DNA of 53,600 bases, from contig CAMUYT010000001.1 in NCBI GenBank assembly GCA_947164955.1, forward strand, positions 1-53,600, given 5' to 3'. The notes below the pieces were generated by a model, which did not search any database, had not been told where the DNA came from, and saw only the letters and a program-made list of their open reading frames with translations. Each line of letters begins with the position of its first letter. Positions within the stretch are counted from its first letter, which is position 1. The position numbers and the translations under genes were made by a program. This stretch comes from an uncultured Bacteroidales bacterium (GTDB lineage: Bacteria > Bacteroidota > Bacteroidia > Bacteroidales > F082). This document shows, piece after piece, positions 32,664 through 40,970 of this stretch.

Positions 32664-33033
32664 ATAGAAAATTATTGTGACCGTCCTACAGGATTTACAA
32701 AAGAGATGAAAGGTAATGTCTTCCCGTGTATAGAAACGCGCCCTATCGGTCGGTATGTCACACAGGGGATTACTCGACGGAAAATGGCCACGCAAAGCGT
32801 TGGTTGGCTTTCCGTCACCGGAAAAATGGCAGACTGGGCTTTTTTCCGCCCATTTTCCACCGCCAAAAGGCGGAGCGGAGAAAAAATCGGCGTTTTTCCG
32901 CCGTCCATGGGCCAAGCCAAATGCAGGTTGGGCTTTTGGCGCGTGCCAATAGGCGGAGCTGGCGTTTTGTCTCCCCATGCTCGCTAAGCGAGGGCGTGAG
33001 GGTGCATCGCCTTTGGCAGGTTTCAAACAGGTA

Positions 33034-33552
33034 TTAAAGTGTAACATCATCGTCTATTGGTTGTTGTTCGGGTTCGTCTTCTATCGCAATGGTTTGTCTT
33101 ATAGTCGAGAAGTGCTGCTTCAGGCGTTCTTTTCGCCATCGGTCGTGCCTTAGTCGCTGTTCACATTGTTCTTCAAGTTGGGTGAGGCTGATGACCGCTA
33201 CGCCTCGTTTTTCGGCGTAGTGGCTTAGGAAGCCTTTGTTGGCCAACAGCACGAAGCCGTTCTCCTTGGCGTATTCCACTGCCATGAAATCGTGGAGGGT
33301 GAGACATCGGTGGTGTTCGCATTGGATGAATTTTTTGTGGATGTTGAGCATTTCGTCGTCGGAAGGGTTGATGTCGTTGATGTGACCATTCCGAATCAGA
33401 CTGTACAGACGCCGTTGTGTGTCAGAACTGAGCAGGGTAGAGGCCTTGTAAAGACTGAAGCTGTGGAGCGTATTTCTGGTGACCTTGGTCATTACGCTGA
33501 GGTCTTGGTCCAGCAGCATGGGAAGCAAATCAATAGAAACGATGATGTTCAT
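33034..33552 (-). CDS. Small protein, possible PIN-like fold (candidate toxin/effector partner of the XRE-ImmA gene)
   Basis: 172 aa, starting 3 nt after the XRE-ImmA stop. The N-terminal IVSIDLLPMLLDQ and later LHDFMAVEYAKENGFVLLANKGF are loosely PIN-like. The tail is acidic. The assignment is weak. Confidence 0.55.
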   Translation of the reverse strand: MNIIVSIDLLPMLLDQDLSVMTKVTRNTLHSFSLYKASTLLSSDTQRRLYSLIRNGHINDINPSDDEMLNIHKKFIQCEHHRCLTLHDFMAVEYAKENGFVLLANKGFLSHYAEKRGVAVISLTQLEEQCEQRLRHDRWRKERLKQHFSTIRQTIAIEDEPEQQPIDDDVTL

Positions 33553-33555
33553 TAG

Positions 33556-34659
33556 TTAAACGAATTCAAGTTGGTTAATGGTTTCCACCGCTTCGCCGAG
33601 CAGCGAGGCTGCTTTGGCGGGGGTGATGAGTTGGTTGCTGAGGGCTTGCAGCACGAGGGTGCGCAGATAGGTGGTGGTTTCGGGTTGCCAGAGGCTTTCG
33701 CGTACCCGCTCACGGAATTGTTCGTTGGTTTTCTTGTTTAGCTTGATGTTAAAGTGTTTTGAATAGGCATCGCTGATGATGCCGTGGAGGTGTGCCTTGT
33801 ACATGAGTGCCTCGATGGAGATGCCGTAGTCGCGCTGTAGGCCTTTCATCTCTTCGAAGGTGAGGCTTTGCCGGCAGTTTCCCAAGCGGACGAGCATCAC
33901 CGAGGTGGGGATGAGCATCTCGCTGGCGAATGCGTTGCAGAGTCGTTCGACGTCGGCGCCGGCCACGAAGTCGAGGATGAGGTGCGCCAGTTCGTGGAAC
34001 AGCGTGAAGCGCTTGCGCTCGGGCGTGTAGGTGGCGTTGAGGACGATCAAGGGAATCTTGTGGACGTCGTTGGCGCCATCGTCGGCTTTGCCGTTGGCCA
34101 TGGCGCTGGTGCCGTCGAATTTTTGTTCGGCTTCCACTTCGACGATGCGTACGCCGAGCGATTCAAGTAGTGCGAAGGGGGAGAATACGGGGCCGTTGCC
34201 CAGGTTGAGGGCCTTGCGCAGGGCGCGGGCCTCGGCTTCGGCTTGCAGGTGGGTGGCGACGGGCGTGCCGCCATGGTCGAGCAGGAAAGGTCGTTCGATG
34301 TGGCATACCTGCTCGATGTCGGTGATGCGTTCCATTTGATCGGTGGCGGCCTGTTGTATGGCCGCGATTTGTTTGCTGCCTAGGGAGGCCCGTTTGCGGT
34401 ACTCCCAGGCTTTCGGGGCGATGCTGACGGTGAAGGGCTGGTGGAAGTAGTCGACGTCCACGCCTAGGGCGAAGGCGAGAGCCGCCTCTATGGTTTCGGT
34501 CGGCATCATCTTGCCCGTTTCGTACTTGGCGATGGCGTTGGCTGTCACCACGAAGCCGATCCTCTCGCACAGCTCGCGTTGCGAGAGGCACCGCATCCTT
34601 CGCGCGTTGGCTAGGCGTTGCCCAAATACGTTGTCATTGCTTTCGTTCATTTTTCCCAT
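33556..34659 (-). CDS. XRE-family HTH fused to ImmA/IrrE-type zinc metallopeptidase (COG2856-like)
   Basis: HTH: FGQRLANARRMRCLSQRELCERIGFVVTANAIAKYETG. HEXXH motif in FTLFHELAHLILD. Confidence 0.85.
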   Translation of the reverse strand: MGKMNESNDNVFGQRLANARRMRCLSQRELCERIGFVVTANAIAKYETGKMMPTETIEAALAFALGVDVDYFHQPFTVSIAPKAWEYRKRASLGSKQIAAIQQAATDQMERITDIEQVCHIERPFLLDHGGTPVATHLQAEAEARALRKALNLGNGPVFSPFALLESLGVRIVEVEAEQKFDGTSAMANGKADDGANDVHKIPLIVLNATYTPERKRFTLFHELAHLILDFVAGADVERLCNAFASEMLIPTSVMLVRLGNCRQSLTFEEMKGLQRDYGISIEALMYKAHLHGIISDAYSKHFNIKLNKKTNEQFRERVRESLWQPETTTYLRTLVLQALSNQLITPAKAASLLGEAVETINQLEFV

Positions 34660-34884
34660 TTTTTCGAGTTTGGCTATTTGCTTTGATTTTGAGATTTGTT
34701 TCTGTGTCGTGCGTTTTCGCTTTCAAAAATATTCACTGGTTTTCGGTTTGCAAAAATACAACTTTTTTGAAAAACTGCAAACTTTTGAAGAAAAAATTTA
34801 TTTTTGGGCTTGTACTATTTTATTTATGCCCTATCCAAGCATTGGATTTTTTCATCCTTTATCTTTGTTTATTGATATTTTCCC

Positions 34885-34892
34885 TATCTTTG
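34885..34892 (+). promoter_or_regulatory. TAnnTTTG -7 box for the SNF2/R-M operon
   Basis: TATCTTTG lies 57 nt upstream of the ATG at 34949, inside a 289-bp AT-rich divergent intergenic region. Confidence 0.4.
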
Positions 34893-34948
34893 CCCCATGC
34901 ATTAAATTGGGGTATTGTAGGTGTATTTAACCTGTCAGTATACTGTAT

Positions 34949-37900
34949 ATGGAACTGATTGATAACGTCACCAAGACGCTGCGCGATGACTTAACCGTGG
35001 AGATTAAGTCGGCAAGCAAGATTTCAATGGCTGCTTGCTGTTTCTCTATCTATGCCTTTCAGGAGCTGAAGGAGCAACTCAAAGACATCAAGGAGTTGAG
35101 GTTTATCTTCACTTCGCCCACGTTTACTGCCGAGAGAATCGACAAGCAAAGGCGTGAGTTCTACATCCCGCGCATCGACCGTGAACGCACCCTTTACGGC
35201 TCTCCCTTCGAAGTCCGCCTCCGAAACCAACTCACACAAAAAGCCATCGCTATCGAGTGCGCCGAGTGGGTCAAAAAGAAAGTCCGTTTCAAGTCAAACA
35301 TCACGAATAACACCCTCCCAGGATTCATCATTGTCGAAAACGACGACGCGCATACCTATACGCCTGTAAACGGCTTCACTACAACCGACTTAGGCTGTGA
35401 GCGCGGCAACAGCATGATGAACTTCGTCAACAAGGTGGATGGCTCAAACGCCCGTCAGTATCTCCGTGTGTTCAACGAGCTTTGGAACAACGACAAAGAC
35501 TTTGCCGATGTCACTGACGACATCATCGATCATATTTCCAACATCTATCGCGAGAACTCCCCGGAGTTCATTTATTTCGTTACCCTCTACAACATCTTCA
35601 ACGAGTTTCTTGAAGATATTTCCGAGGATGTTCTTCCCAATGAGGCCACTGGTTTCAAGGACAGCCAAATCTGGAACAAGCTCTACGACTTCCAAAAAGA
35701 CGCAGCCTTGGCCATTATCAACAAATTAGAGAAATACAACGGCTGCATCCTTGCCGACAGTGTGGGTCTGGGTAAGACCTTCACCGCACTGGCCGTCATC
35801 AAATACTACGAGACGCGAAACAAGAATGTCCTGGTGCTCTGTCCCAAGAAACTTTGCGACAACTGGATGACCTATCGCAACAACTACATCACCAATCCCA
35901 TCGCTGGTGATAGGCTTGCATACACCGTGCTTTTCCATTCCGACCTTTCGCGAGAAAGTGGCAAATCCAACGGCAACGACCTCGACAAAATCAACTGGGG
36001 CAATTTTGACTTGGTTGTGATTGACGAGTCGCATAACTTTCGCAACGGTGGCAAGCTTTCAAGGGATGATGATGACGACAACCCACGTGAGAACCGTTAC
36101 TTGCGCCTGATGAACAAGGTGATTCGTGCTGGCGTGAAAACCAAGGTGCTGATGCTCTCGGCCACACCTGTCAACAACCGCTTCAACGACCTCAAAAACC
36201 AGCTGCAACTGGCCTACGAGGGCGATACCAAGCGGATGGACGCACTGCTCAACACCAACACTTCAATTGACGACATCTTCCGCCAAGCGCAGAAGGCTTA
36301 CAACATCTGGGCAAAACTCCCCAACGAAAAACGCAACACCGAAAGGCTCCTTGGGATGCTCAGCTTCGATTTCTTCGAGGTGCTCGATTCGGTCACTATC
36401 GCCCGAAGCCGCAAGCACATCGAGGCGTATTACAACACCGAAGCCGTCGGCAAGTTCCCGCTTAGGCTTCCGCCTATCTCGCGTCGTCCGTCGCTCACCG
36501 ACCTTCCGTCGGCCATCAACTACAACGAAATTTTCAACCAGCTCCAAAAGCTCAACCTGGCCATCTACACACCTTCTGAGTTTATCTTGCCCAGCAAGAT
36601 GTCAAAGTATGCCCTCGACCCTGAGACACACGGCGCAGGACTTTCCTTGGTAGGCCGTGAAATGGGTATCCGTCGCATCATGTGCATCTTAATGCTGAAG
36701 CGTCTCGAAAGCTCCGTCAATTCTTTCCGGCTAACACTGACCCGTTTGCTGAAGCTCATTTCCAACACCATCGATACGATTGACCGCCATGAAGCTTATA
36801 TCAATGTGGAAGAGGTTGATGATTACGATTTTGATATTGAAGACTCCGACAACGATGCCTTTGTGGGCACCAAGAAAAACAGGATTGCCTTGGAAGACAT
36901 CGACTATATCAGCTGGCGGCAATACCTCCAGAGCGACAAGGAAGAGCTGGAGCTTACCCGCTTGATGCTCGACGACATCACCCCTGAGCACGACAGCAAG
37001 CTTCAGCAGCTCATTGCCGACCTTCGCGACAAGTTCGCTCATCCCATCAACGGCGAGAACAAGAAGGTGCTCATCTTTACAGCCTTCTCCGATACAGCCG
37101 TTTATCTCTACGACAACCTGGCCAAACCCATCAAACAGAAATACGGGATGGACACCGCTTTGGTCACAGGCGACGTGGACGCGCGTAGCACTTTGAAGTT
37201 GAAGGAAAAACTCGACTTCAACAAAGTGCTGACCCTCTTTTCGCCCATATCCAAGGAAAAAGAGTCCATCTATCCCAATATCCATGAGGAGATAGAAGTC
37301 CTCATCGCCACCGACTGCATTTCCGAAGGTCAGAACTTGCAGGATTGCGACTACCTCATCAACTACGACATCCACTGGAACCCCGTGCGCATCATCCAGC
37401 GCTTCGGTCGTATCGACCGTATCGGCTCCAAAAACGATGTCATCCAGCTGGTGAACTACTGGCCCGACATGACGCTTGACGAGTACATCGACCTCAAAGG
37501 CCGCGTTGAAGCTCGTATGAAGGTCTCTGTGCTCACCTCCACAGGCGACGACAATCCTATTTCTCCCGAAGAGAAAGGTGATTTGGAATACCGCAAGGCT
37601 CAACTGAAGAAGCTTCAGGAAGAAGTCGTCGACATCGAGGAGATGAATAACGGCGTTTCCATCATGGATCTTGGCCTCAACGAGTTCCGCCTTGACCTGC
37701 TGGAATATATGAAGACCCACGAGGATGTGGAGCATACGCCCTTCGGCCTCCACGCTGTTGTCGGCCACAACGAGTTCACCGAGCCAGGTGTCATCTTTGT
37801 GCTGAAGAACCGCAATAAAGGTGTCAACATCGACAAAAAGAACCGTCTGCATCCCTTCTATATCGTTTACCTTCGCAACGACGGCTCAGTGGTGGTCAAC

Positions 37901-38182
37901 CACCTATCGCCCAAGGAGCTGCTCGACAAATTCCGCAGCCTCTGCAAGGGAAAGAACATGCCTCAAACCGCTTTGTGTCGTGAGTTCAACAAGGAAACTC
38001 GTGACGGCTTCAAGATGGCACACTACTCCAAGCTGCTGGGCGATGCCATCAACAGCATCATCACTGTGAAGGAAAACAGCGACATCGACAGTTTCCTTGA
38101 AGGCGCTCAAGGCGAGCTGTTCACCAAGGAAATCAAAGGACTTGATGATTTCGAGCTGATATGTTTCTTGGTTGTAAAATAG
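34949..38182 (+). CDS. SNF2-family helicase with a ~190-aa non-helicase N-terminal domain (possibly degenerate PLD-like)
   Basis: Motif I LADSVGLGKTFTALAV, motif II LVVIDESHNFRN, motif III LMLSATPVNNRFNDL, and the C-terminal lobe LIATDCISEGQNLQDCDYLINYDIHWNPVRIIQRFGRIDRIGS. Confidence 0.9.
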   Translation: MELIDNVTKTLRDDLTVEIKSASKISMAACCFSIYAFQELKEQLKDIKELRFIFTSPTFTAERIDKQRREFYIPRIDRERTLYGSPFEVRLRNQLTQKAIAIECAEWVKKKVRFKSNITNNTLPGFIIVENDDAHTYTPVNGFTTTDLGCERGNSMMNFVNKVDGSNARQYLRVFNELWNNDKDFADVTDDIIDHISNIYRENSPEFIYFVTLYNIFNEFLEDISEDVLPNEATGFKDSQIWNKLYDFQKDAALAIINKLEKYNGCILADSVGLGKTFTALAVIKYYETRNKNVLVLCPKKLCDNWMTYRNNYITNPIAGDRLAYTVLFHSDLSRESGKSNGNDLDKINWGNFDLVVIDESHNFRNGGKLSRDDDDDNPRENRYLRLMNKVIRAGVKTKVLMLSATPVNNRFNDLKNQLQLAYEGDTKRMDALLNTNTSIDDIFRQAQKAYNIWAKLPNEKRNTERLLGMLSFDFFEVLDSVTIARSRKHIEAYYNTEAVGKFPLRLPPISRRPSLTDLPSAINYNEIFNQLQKLNLAIYTPSEFILPSKMSKYALDPETHGAGLSLVGREMGIRRIMCILMLKRLESSVNSFRLTLTRLLKLISNTIDTIDRHEAYINVEEVDDYDFDIEDSDNDAFVGTKKNRIALEDIDYISWRQYLQSDKEELELTRLMLDDITPEHDSKLQQLIADLRDKFAHPINGENKKVLIFTAFSDTAVYLYDNLAKPIKQKYGMDTALVTGDVDARSTLKLKEKLDFNKVLTLFSPISKEKESIYPNIHEEIEVLIATDCISEGQNLQDCDYLINYDIHWNPVRIIQRFGRIDRIGSKNDVIQLVNYWPDMTLDEYIDLKGRVEARMKVSVLTSTGDDNPISPEEKGDLEYRKAQLKKLQEEVVDIEEMNNGVSIMDLGLNEFRLDLLEYMKTHEDVEHTPFGLHAVVGHNEFTEPGVIFVLKNRNKGVNIDKKNRLHPFYIVYLRNDGSVVVNHLSPKELLDKFRSLCKGKNMPQTALCREFNKETRDGFKMAHYSKLLGDAINSIITVKENSDIDSFLEGAQGELFTKEIKGLDDFELICFLVVK

Positions 38183-38191
38183 GAGGTGTGT

Positions 38192-38791
38192 ATGCTCGGA
38201 TTGCCCAAAAGTACAGAAATAGCGAAGCAACTTCCCAAGAAGGCCATCTACGAGAAGTTCCAGCTGAAGTCTGCCCAGCGCGACCGCTTCGATTCCGATA
38301 TCAGCCGTATTGACATCGTGAATGTTGTTTCGCCCGACACGGTGCCAGGCTTGAAGGAAGGCGAGCATGTCAAGGAGTTTTATGTGTTGCTTGTCTCGCT
38401 GAAGCAAGAGCTGTATGACGAGAAAAACATCTTGCTTCTGTCAAAGTTAATCAAGCAGCACATGGTTTTTGCCTTGGTGTTTGAGGATATGTTGCGTTTC
38501 GCCGTGGTGCACGACAAACTCTTTTCCACTGACTGGGAACCGCTTGCCGATGCTGCGCTGCCCCTGATGGGTATTGACATGGACAAGGTATGGGAGCACA
38601 TAGTAACGACCATCGGAGGCTTCGAGGTGATGGAAGGCGTGACGATCGAGGAACAGATAACGATTGATGGAGAGAGGCTGAAAGTCATCAAGAAAATTGA
38701 AACGCTTGAAAAGAAAGTACGTTTAGAAAAACAGCCCAGAAGAAAACTGGAAATGTTCGAGGAACTACAAGAATTGAAAAAACAACTATGA
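38192..38791 (+). CDS. DUF4391-like protein
   Basis: MLGLPKSTEIAKQLPKKAIYEKFQLKSAQRDRF...EFYVLLVSLK matches my recollection of DUF4391 proteins found between helicase and methylase genes. The ATG at 38192 is preceded by AGGAGG at 38181-38186. The track start GTG at 38186 is an alternative. Confidence 0.65.
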   Translation: MLGLPKSTEIAKQLPKKAIYEKFQLKSAQRDRFDSDISRIDIVNVVSPDTVPGLKEGEHVKEFYVLLVSLKQELYDEKNILLLSKLIKQHMVFALVFEDMLRFAVVHDKLFSTDWEPLADAALPLMGIDMDKVWEHIVTTIGGFEVMEGVTIEEQITIDGERLKVIKKIETLEKKVRLEKQPRRKLEMFEELQELKKQL

Positions 38792-38792
38792 T

Positions 38793-39101
38793 ATGGAAAA
38801 AGTCCAACTGTCTAAGGAAGAAAAAAGAATACTAAAAGAAATAGCATCGAAAAAATACTCTAGCTCTACGCCTAAAAAAGATGTTGGAGTGATTAAACTC
38901 CTTGCGGTAAAGGATTTCATCCGAACAACAGATACTTTTGATGGTACGATTGTGATTGGCTTATCAGATTACGGAAAAGCATATCTTGAAGAAAACCCTA
39001 AACTTCATAATCCTAGCATATTCGACGACAAAAAATATATCATAAATACAATCATTTCACTTGTAGCCCTTACAGTGGCTATAATAGCATTATTCAAATA
39101 G
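38793..39101 (+). CDS. Small C-terminally membrane-anchored protein (102 aa), unknown function
   Basis: MEKVQLSKEEKRILKEIASKKY... with a C-terminal TM helix IINTIISLVALTVAIIALF. It is very AT-rich: 18/60 G+C in my hand count of 38801-38860. It lies 1 nt after DUF4391 and 3 nt before mod. Confidence 0.6.
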   Translation: MEKVQLSKEEKRILKEIASKKYSSSTPKKDVGVIKLLAVKDFIRTTDTFDGTIVIGLSDYGKAYLEENPKLHNPSIFDDKKYIINTIISLVALTVAIIALFK

Positions 39102-39104
39102 ACT

Positions 39105-40970
39105 ATGGAAAAACTCAACCTCCAAACCCACAACATCGTGGACGAAAACATAAAGAAAATTGCCGAACTATTTCCCAACTGCCTCACCGAGCGGCTGAAC
39201 GAGAAGGGGCAGCCCGAAGCGGCCATCGACTTCGACATGCTCCGCCAGGAGCTGTCGAAAGACATCGTGGAAGGCCCCACGGAACGCTACCAGTTCACCT
39301 GGCCCGACAAGCGCAACGCCATCCGGCTGGCCAACGCACCCACCACCGACACGCTGCGCCCCTGCCGTGAGGAAAGCGTGGACTTCGACAACACGCAAAA
39401 CCTCTATATCGAGGGCGACAACCTCGAAGTGCTGAAACTGCTCCGCGAGAACTACCTCGGCAAGGTGAAGATGATCTACATCGACCCGCCCTACAACACG
39501 GGCAACGACTTCGTATATAACGATGACTTTGACCAGGACAAGCAGGAGTATGTTCACAACAGCGGGCAGTACGATGAGGAGGGCAAACAGTTGGTAACCA
39601 ACACCGAAAGCAACGGACGTTTCCACACCGATTGGCTCAATATGATTTATCCACGACTGAAAGTGGCTAAGGACTTGTTGAGCGAGGATGGAGTGATTTT
39701 TATTTCGATAGATGATAATGAGCAAGAAAACTTGAAGAAGGTTTGTGATGAAGTGTTTGGTTCTCGGAATTTCATTGCTGAATTGGTTTGGGAACGGGCC
39801 TATGCTCCAAAGAACGATGCTCGATTTGTCTCTAACAGCCACGATTATATTTTGATGTTCGCTAAAAATATTGATGTTTTCGTGATAGGCAGGCTTGATA
39901 GGACAGAAGAAGCAAATGCAAGGTATTCAAATCCTGATAATGACCCACGCGGAGTGTGGAAGCCGAGTGATATTTCGGTAAAAACATATAACGCAGCTTG
40001 CGATTATCCCATAACGACGCCCTCCGGGCGTATAGTAGAGCCTCCAGCAGGGCGCTGCTGGAGTCTCTCTAAAAACTCGTTTTTAGAGAGACTCCAGGAC
40101 AACCGAATTTGGTTCGGTCCAAATGGTGATAGTGTTCCTTCAATGAAAAGGTTTTTATCAGAGTTGAAGTTTGATGGCATGGCACCGACCTCGATTTTGT
40201 TCTATAAAGAAGTTGGGCACAGTCAAGAGGGCGCAAAGGAAGTCGTATCATTGTTTGGCGATAAAGGCGTTTTTGATGGACCAAAACCTGTGCGTTTGCT
40301 CGAAAGACTTCTGACTTTAGCCAATTTATATGACGACTCAATTGTCCTCGATTTCTTTTCTGGAAGTGCCACAACCGCTCATGCTGTGATGAAACGGAAT
40401 GCTGAAAAAGACATGAATCTGAAATACATCCTCGTTCAATTACCCGAAAAAGTCAGTGAAAAGAAAAAAGACCAAGGCTTTTCCACCATTTGCGAAATCG
40501 GCAAGGAGCGCATCCGTCGTGCGGGCAAGAAGATCAAGGAGGAATCACCGTTAACCACACAGAATTTGGATACAGGCTTCCGTGTACTGAAGTTAGACTC
40601 CAGCAATATGCAGGATGTCTATTACCGCCCGGAGGACTCAACGGAGCAGACCCTGTTTGAGGACAACATCAAGCCCGACCGCTCGTCGGAGGACTTGCTC
40701 TTCCAAGTGATGCTGGAGTGCAACCTGCCGCTGTCCGCCAAAATCGAAACCGAGAAGATAGCCGGCAAGGAAGTGTTCTCCGTCAACGAGGGCTACCTCA
40801 TCGCCTGCTTCGACGAAAAGGTGAACGAGGACGTCATCAAGGAAGTGGCCAAACGCCAGCCCTATTACTTCGTCATGCGCGACAGCAGTATGGCCTCAGA
40901 TAATGTTGCAGACAATTTTGAACAAATCTTCCAAGCTTATAGCAAAGACACTATCAGAAGGGTTTTGTAA
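39105..40970 (+). CDS. mod: Type III R-M methyltransferase (Mod), N6-adenine beta-class
   Basis: Motif IV IYIDPPYNTGNDFVYNDDF lies upstream of motif I LDFFSGSATTAHAVM, which is the IV-TRD-I order. FISIDDNEQENL and FDGPKPVRLLERLL are also present. Confidence 0.9.
   Translation: MEKLNLQTHNIVDENIKKIAELFPNCLTERLNEKGQPEAAIDFDMLRQELSKDIVEGPTERYQFTWPDKRNAIRLANAPTTDTLRPCREESVDFDNTQNLYIEGDNLEVLKLLRENYLGKVKMIYIDPPYNTGNDFVYNDDFDQDKQEYVHNSGQYDEEGKQLVTNTESNGRFHTDWLNMIYPRLKVAKDLLSEDGVIFISIDDNEQENLKKVCDEVFGSRNFIAELVWERAYAPKNDARFVSNSHDYILMFAKNIDVFVIGRLDRTEEANARYSNPDNDPRGVWKPSDISVKTYNAACDYPITTPSGRIVEPPAGRCWSLSKNSFLERLQDNRIWFGPNGDSVPSMKRFLSELKFDGMAPTSILFYKEVGHSQEGAKEVVSLFGDKGVFDGPKPVRLLERLLTLANLYDDSIVLDFFSGSATTAHAVMKRNAEKDMNLKYILVQLPEKVSEKKKDQGFSTICEIGKERIRRAGKKIKEESPLTTQNLDTGFRVLKLDSSNMQDVYYRPEDSTEQTLFEDNIKPDRSSEDLLFQVMLECNLPLSAKIETEKIAGKEVFSVNEGYLIACFDEKVNEDVIKEVAKRQPYYFVMRDSSMASDNVADNFEQIFQAYSKDTIRRVL
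40058..40097. repeat. Perfect inverted repeat inside mod: CTGGAGTCTCTCTAAAAA-CTCG-TTTTTAGAGAGACTCCAG
   Basis: 18-bp arms and a 4-nt loop, verified base by base. It encodes CWSLSKNSFLERLQ in the mod frame. Confidence 0.95.

Noticed and set aside
32664-33050. N-terminal 129-codon extension of the 31908..33050 ORF
   Set aside because: The extension is R/P/G/A-rich with no protein-like pattern, and it is open in several frames on both strands. The ATG at 32663 begins a sensible sequence (MNQNHYFRLL).
36731-37852. 373-aa minus-strand ORF; also 42031..43101 (-), 39168..39842 (-), 28916..29806 (-), 30943..31881 (-), 9494..10453 (-), 47811..48512 (+) and 17513..18295 (+)
   Set aside because: All are shadow ORFs opposite confidently identified genes (SNF2, AlbA_2/HATPase, mod, EamA, acyl-CoA ligase, kinase, speA, helicase). 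None has a recognisable motif.
39105-39400. Phase-variable simple-sequence repeats in mod (as in phasevarions)
   Set aside because: No tetra- or penta-nucleotide repeat tract or long homopolymer is visible at the 5' end or elsewhere in mod.
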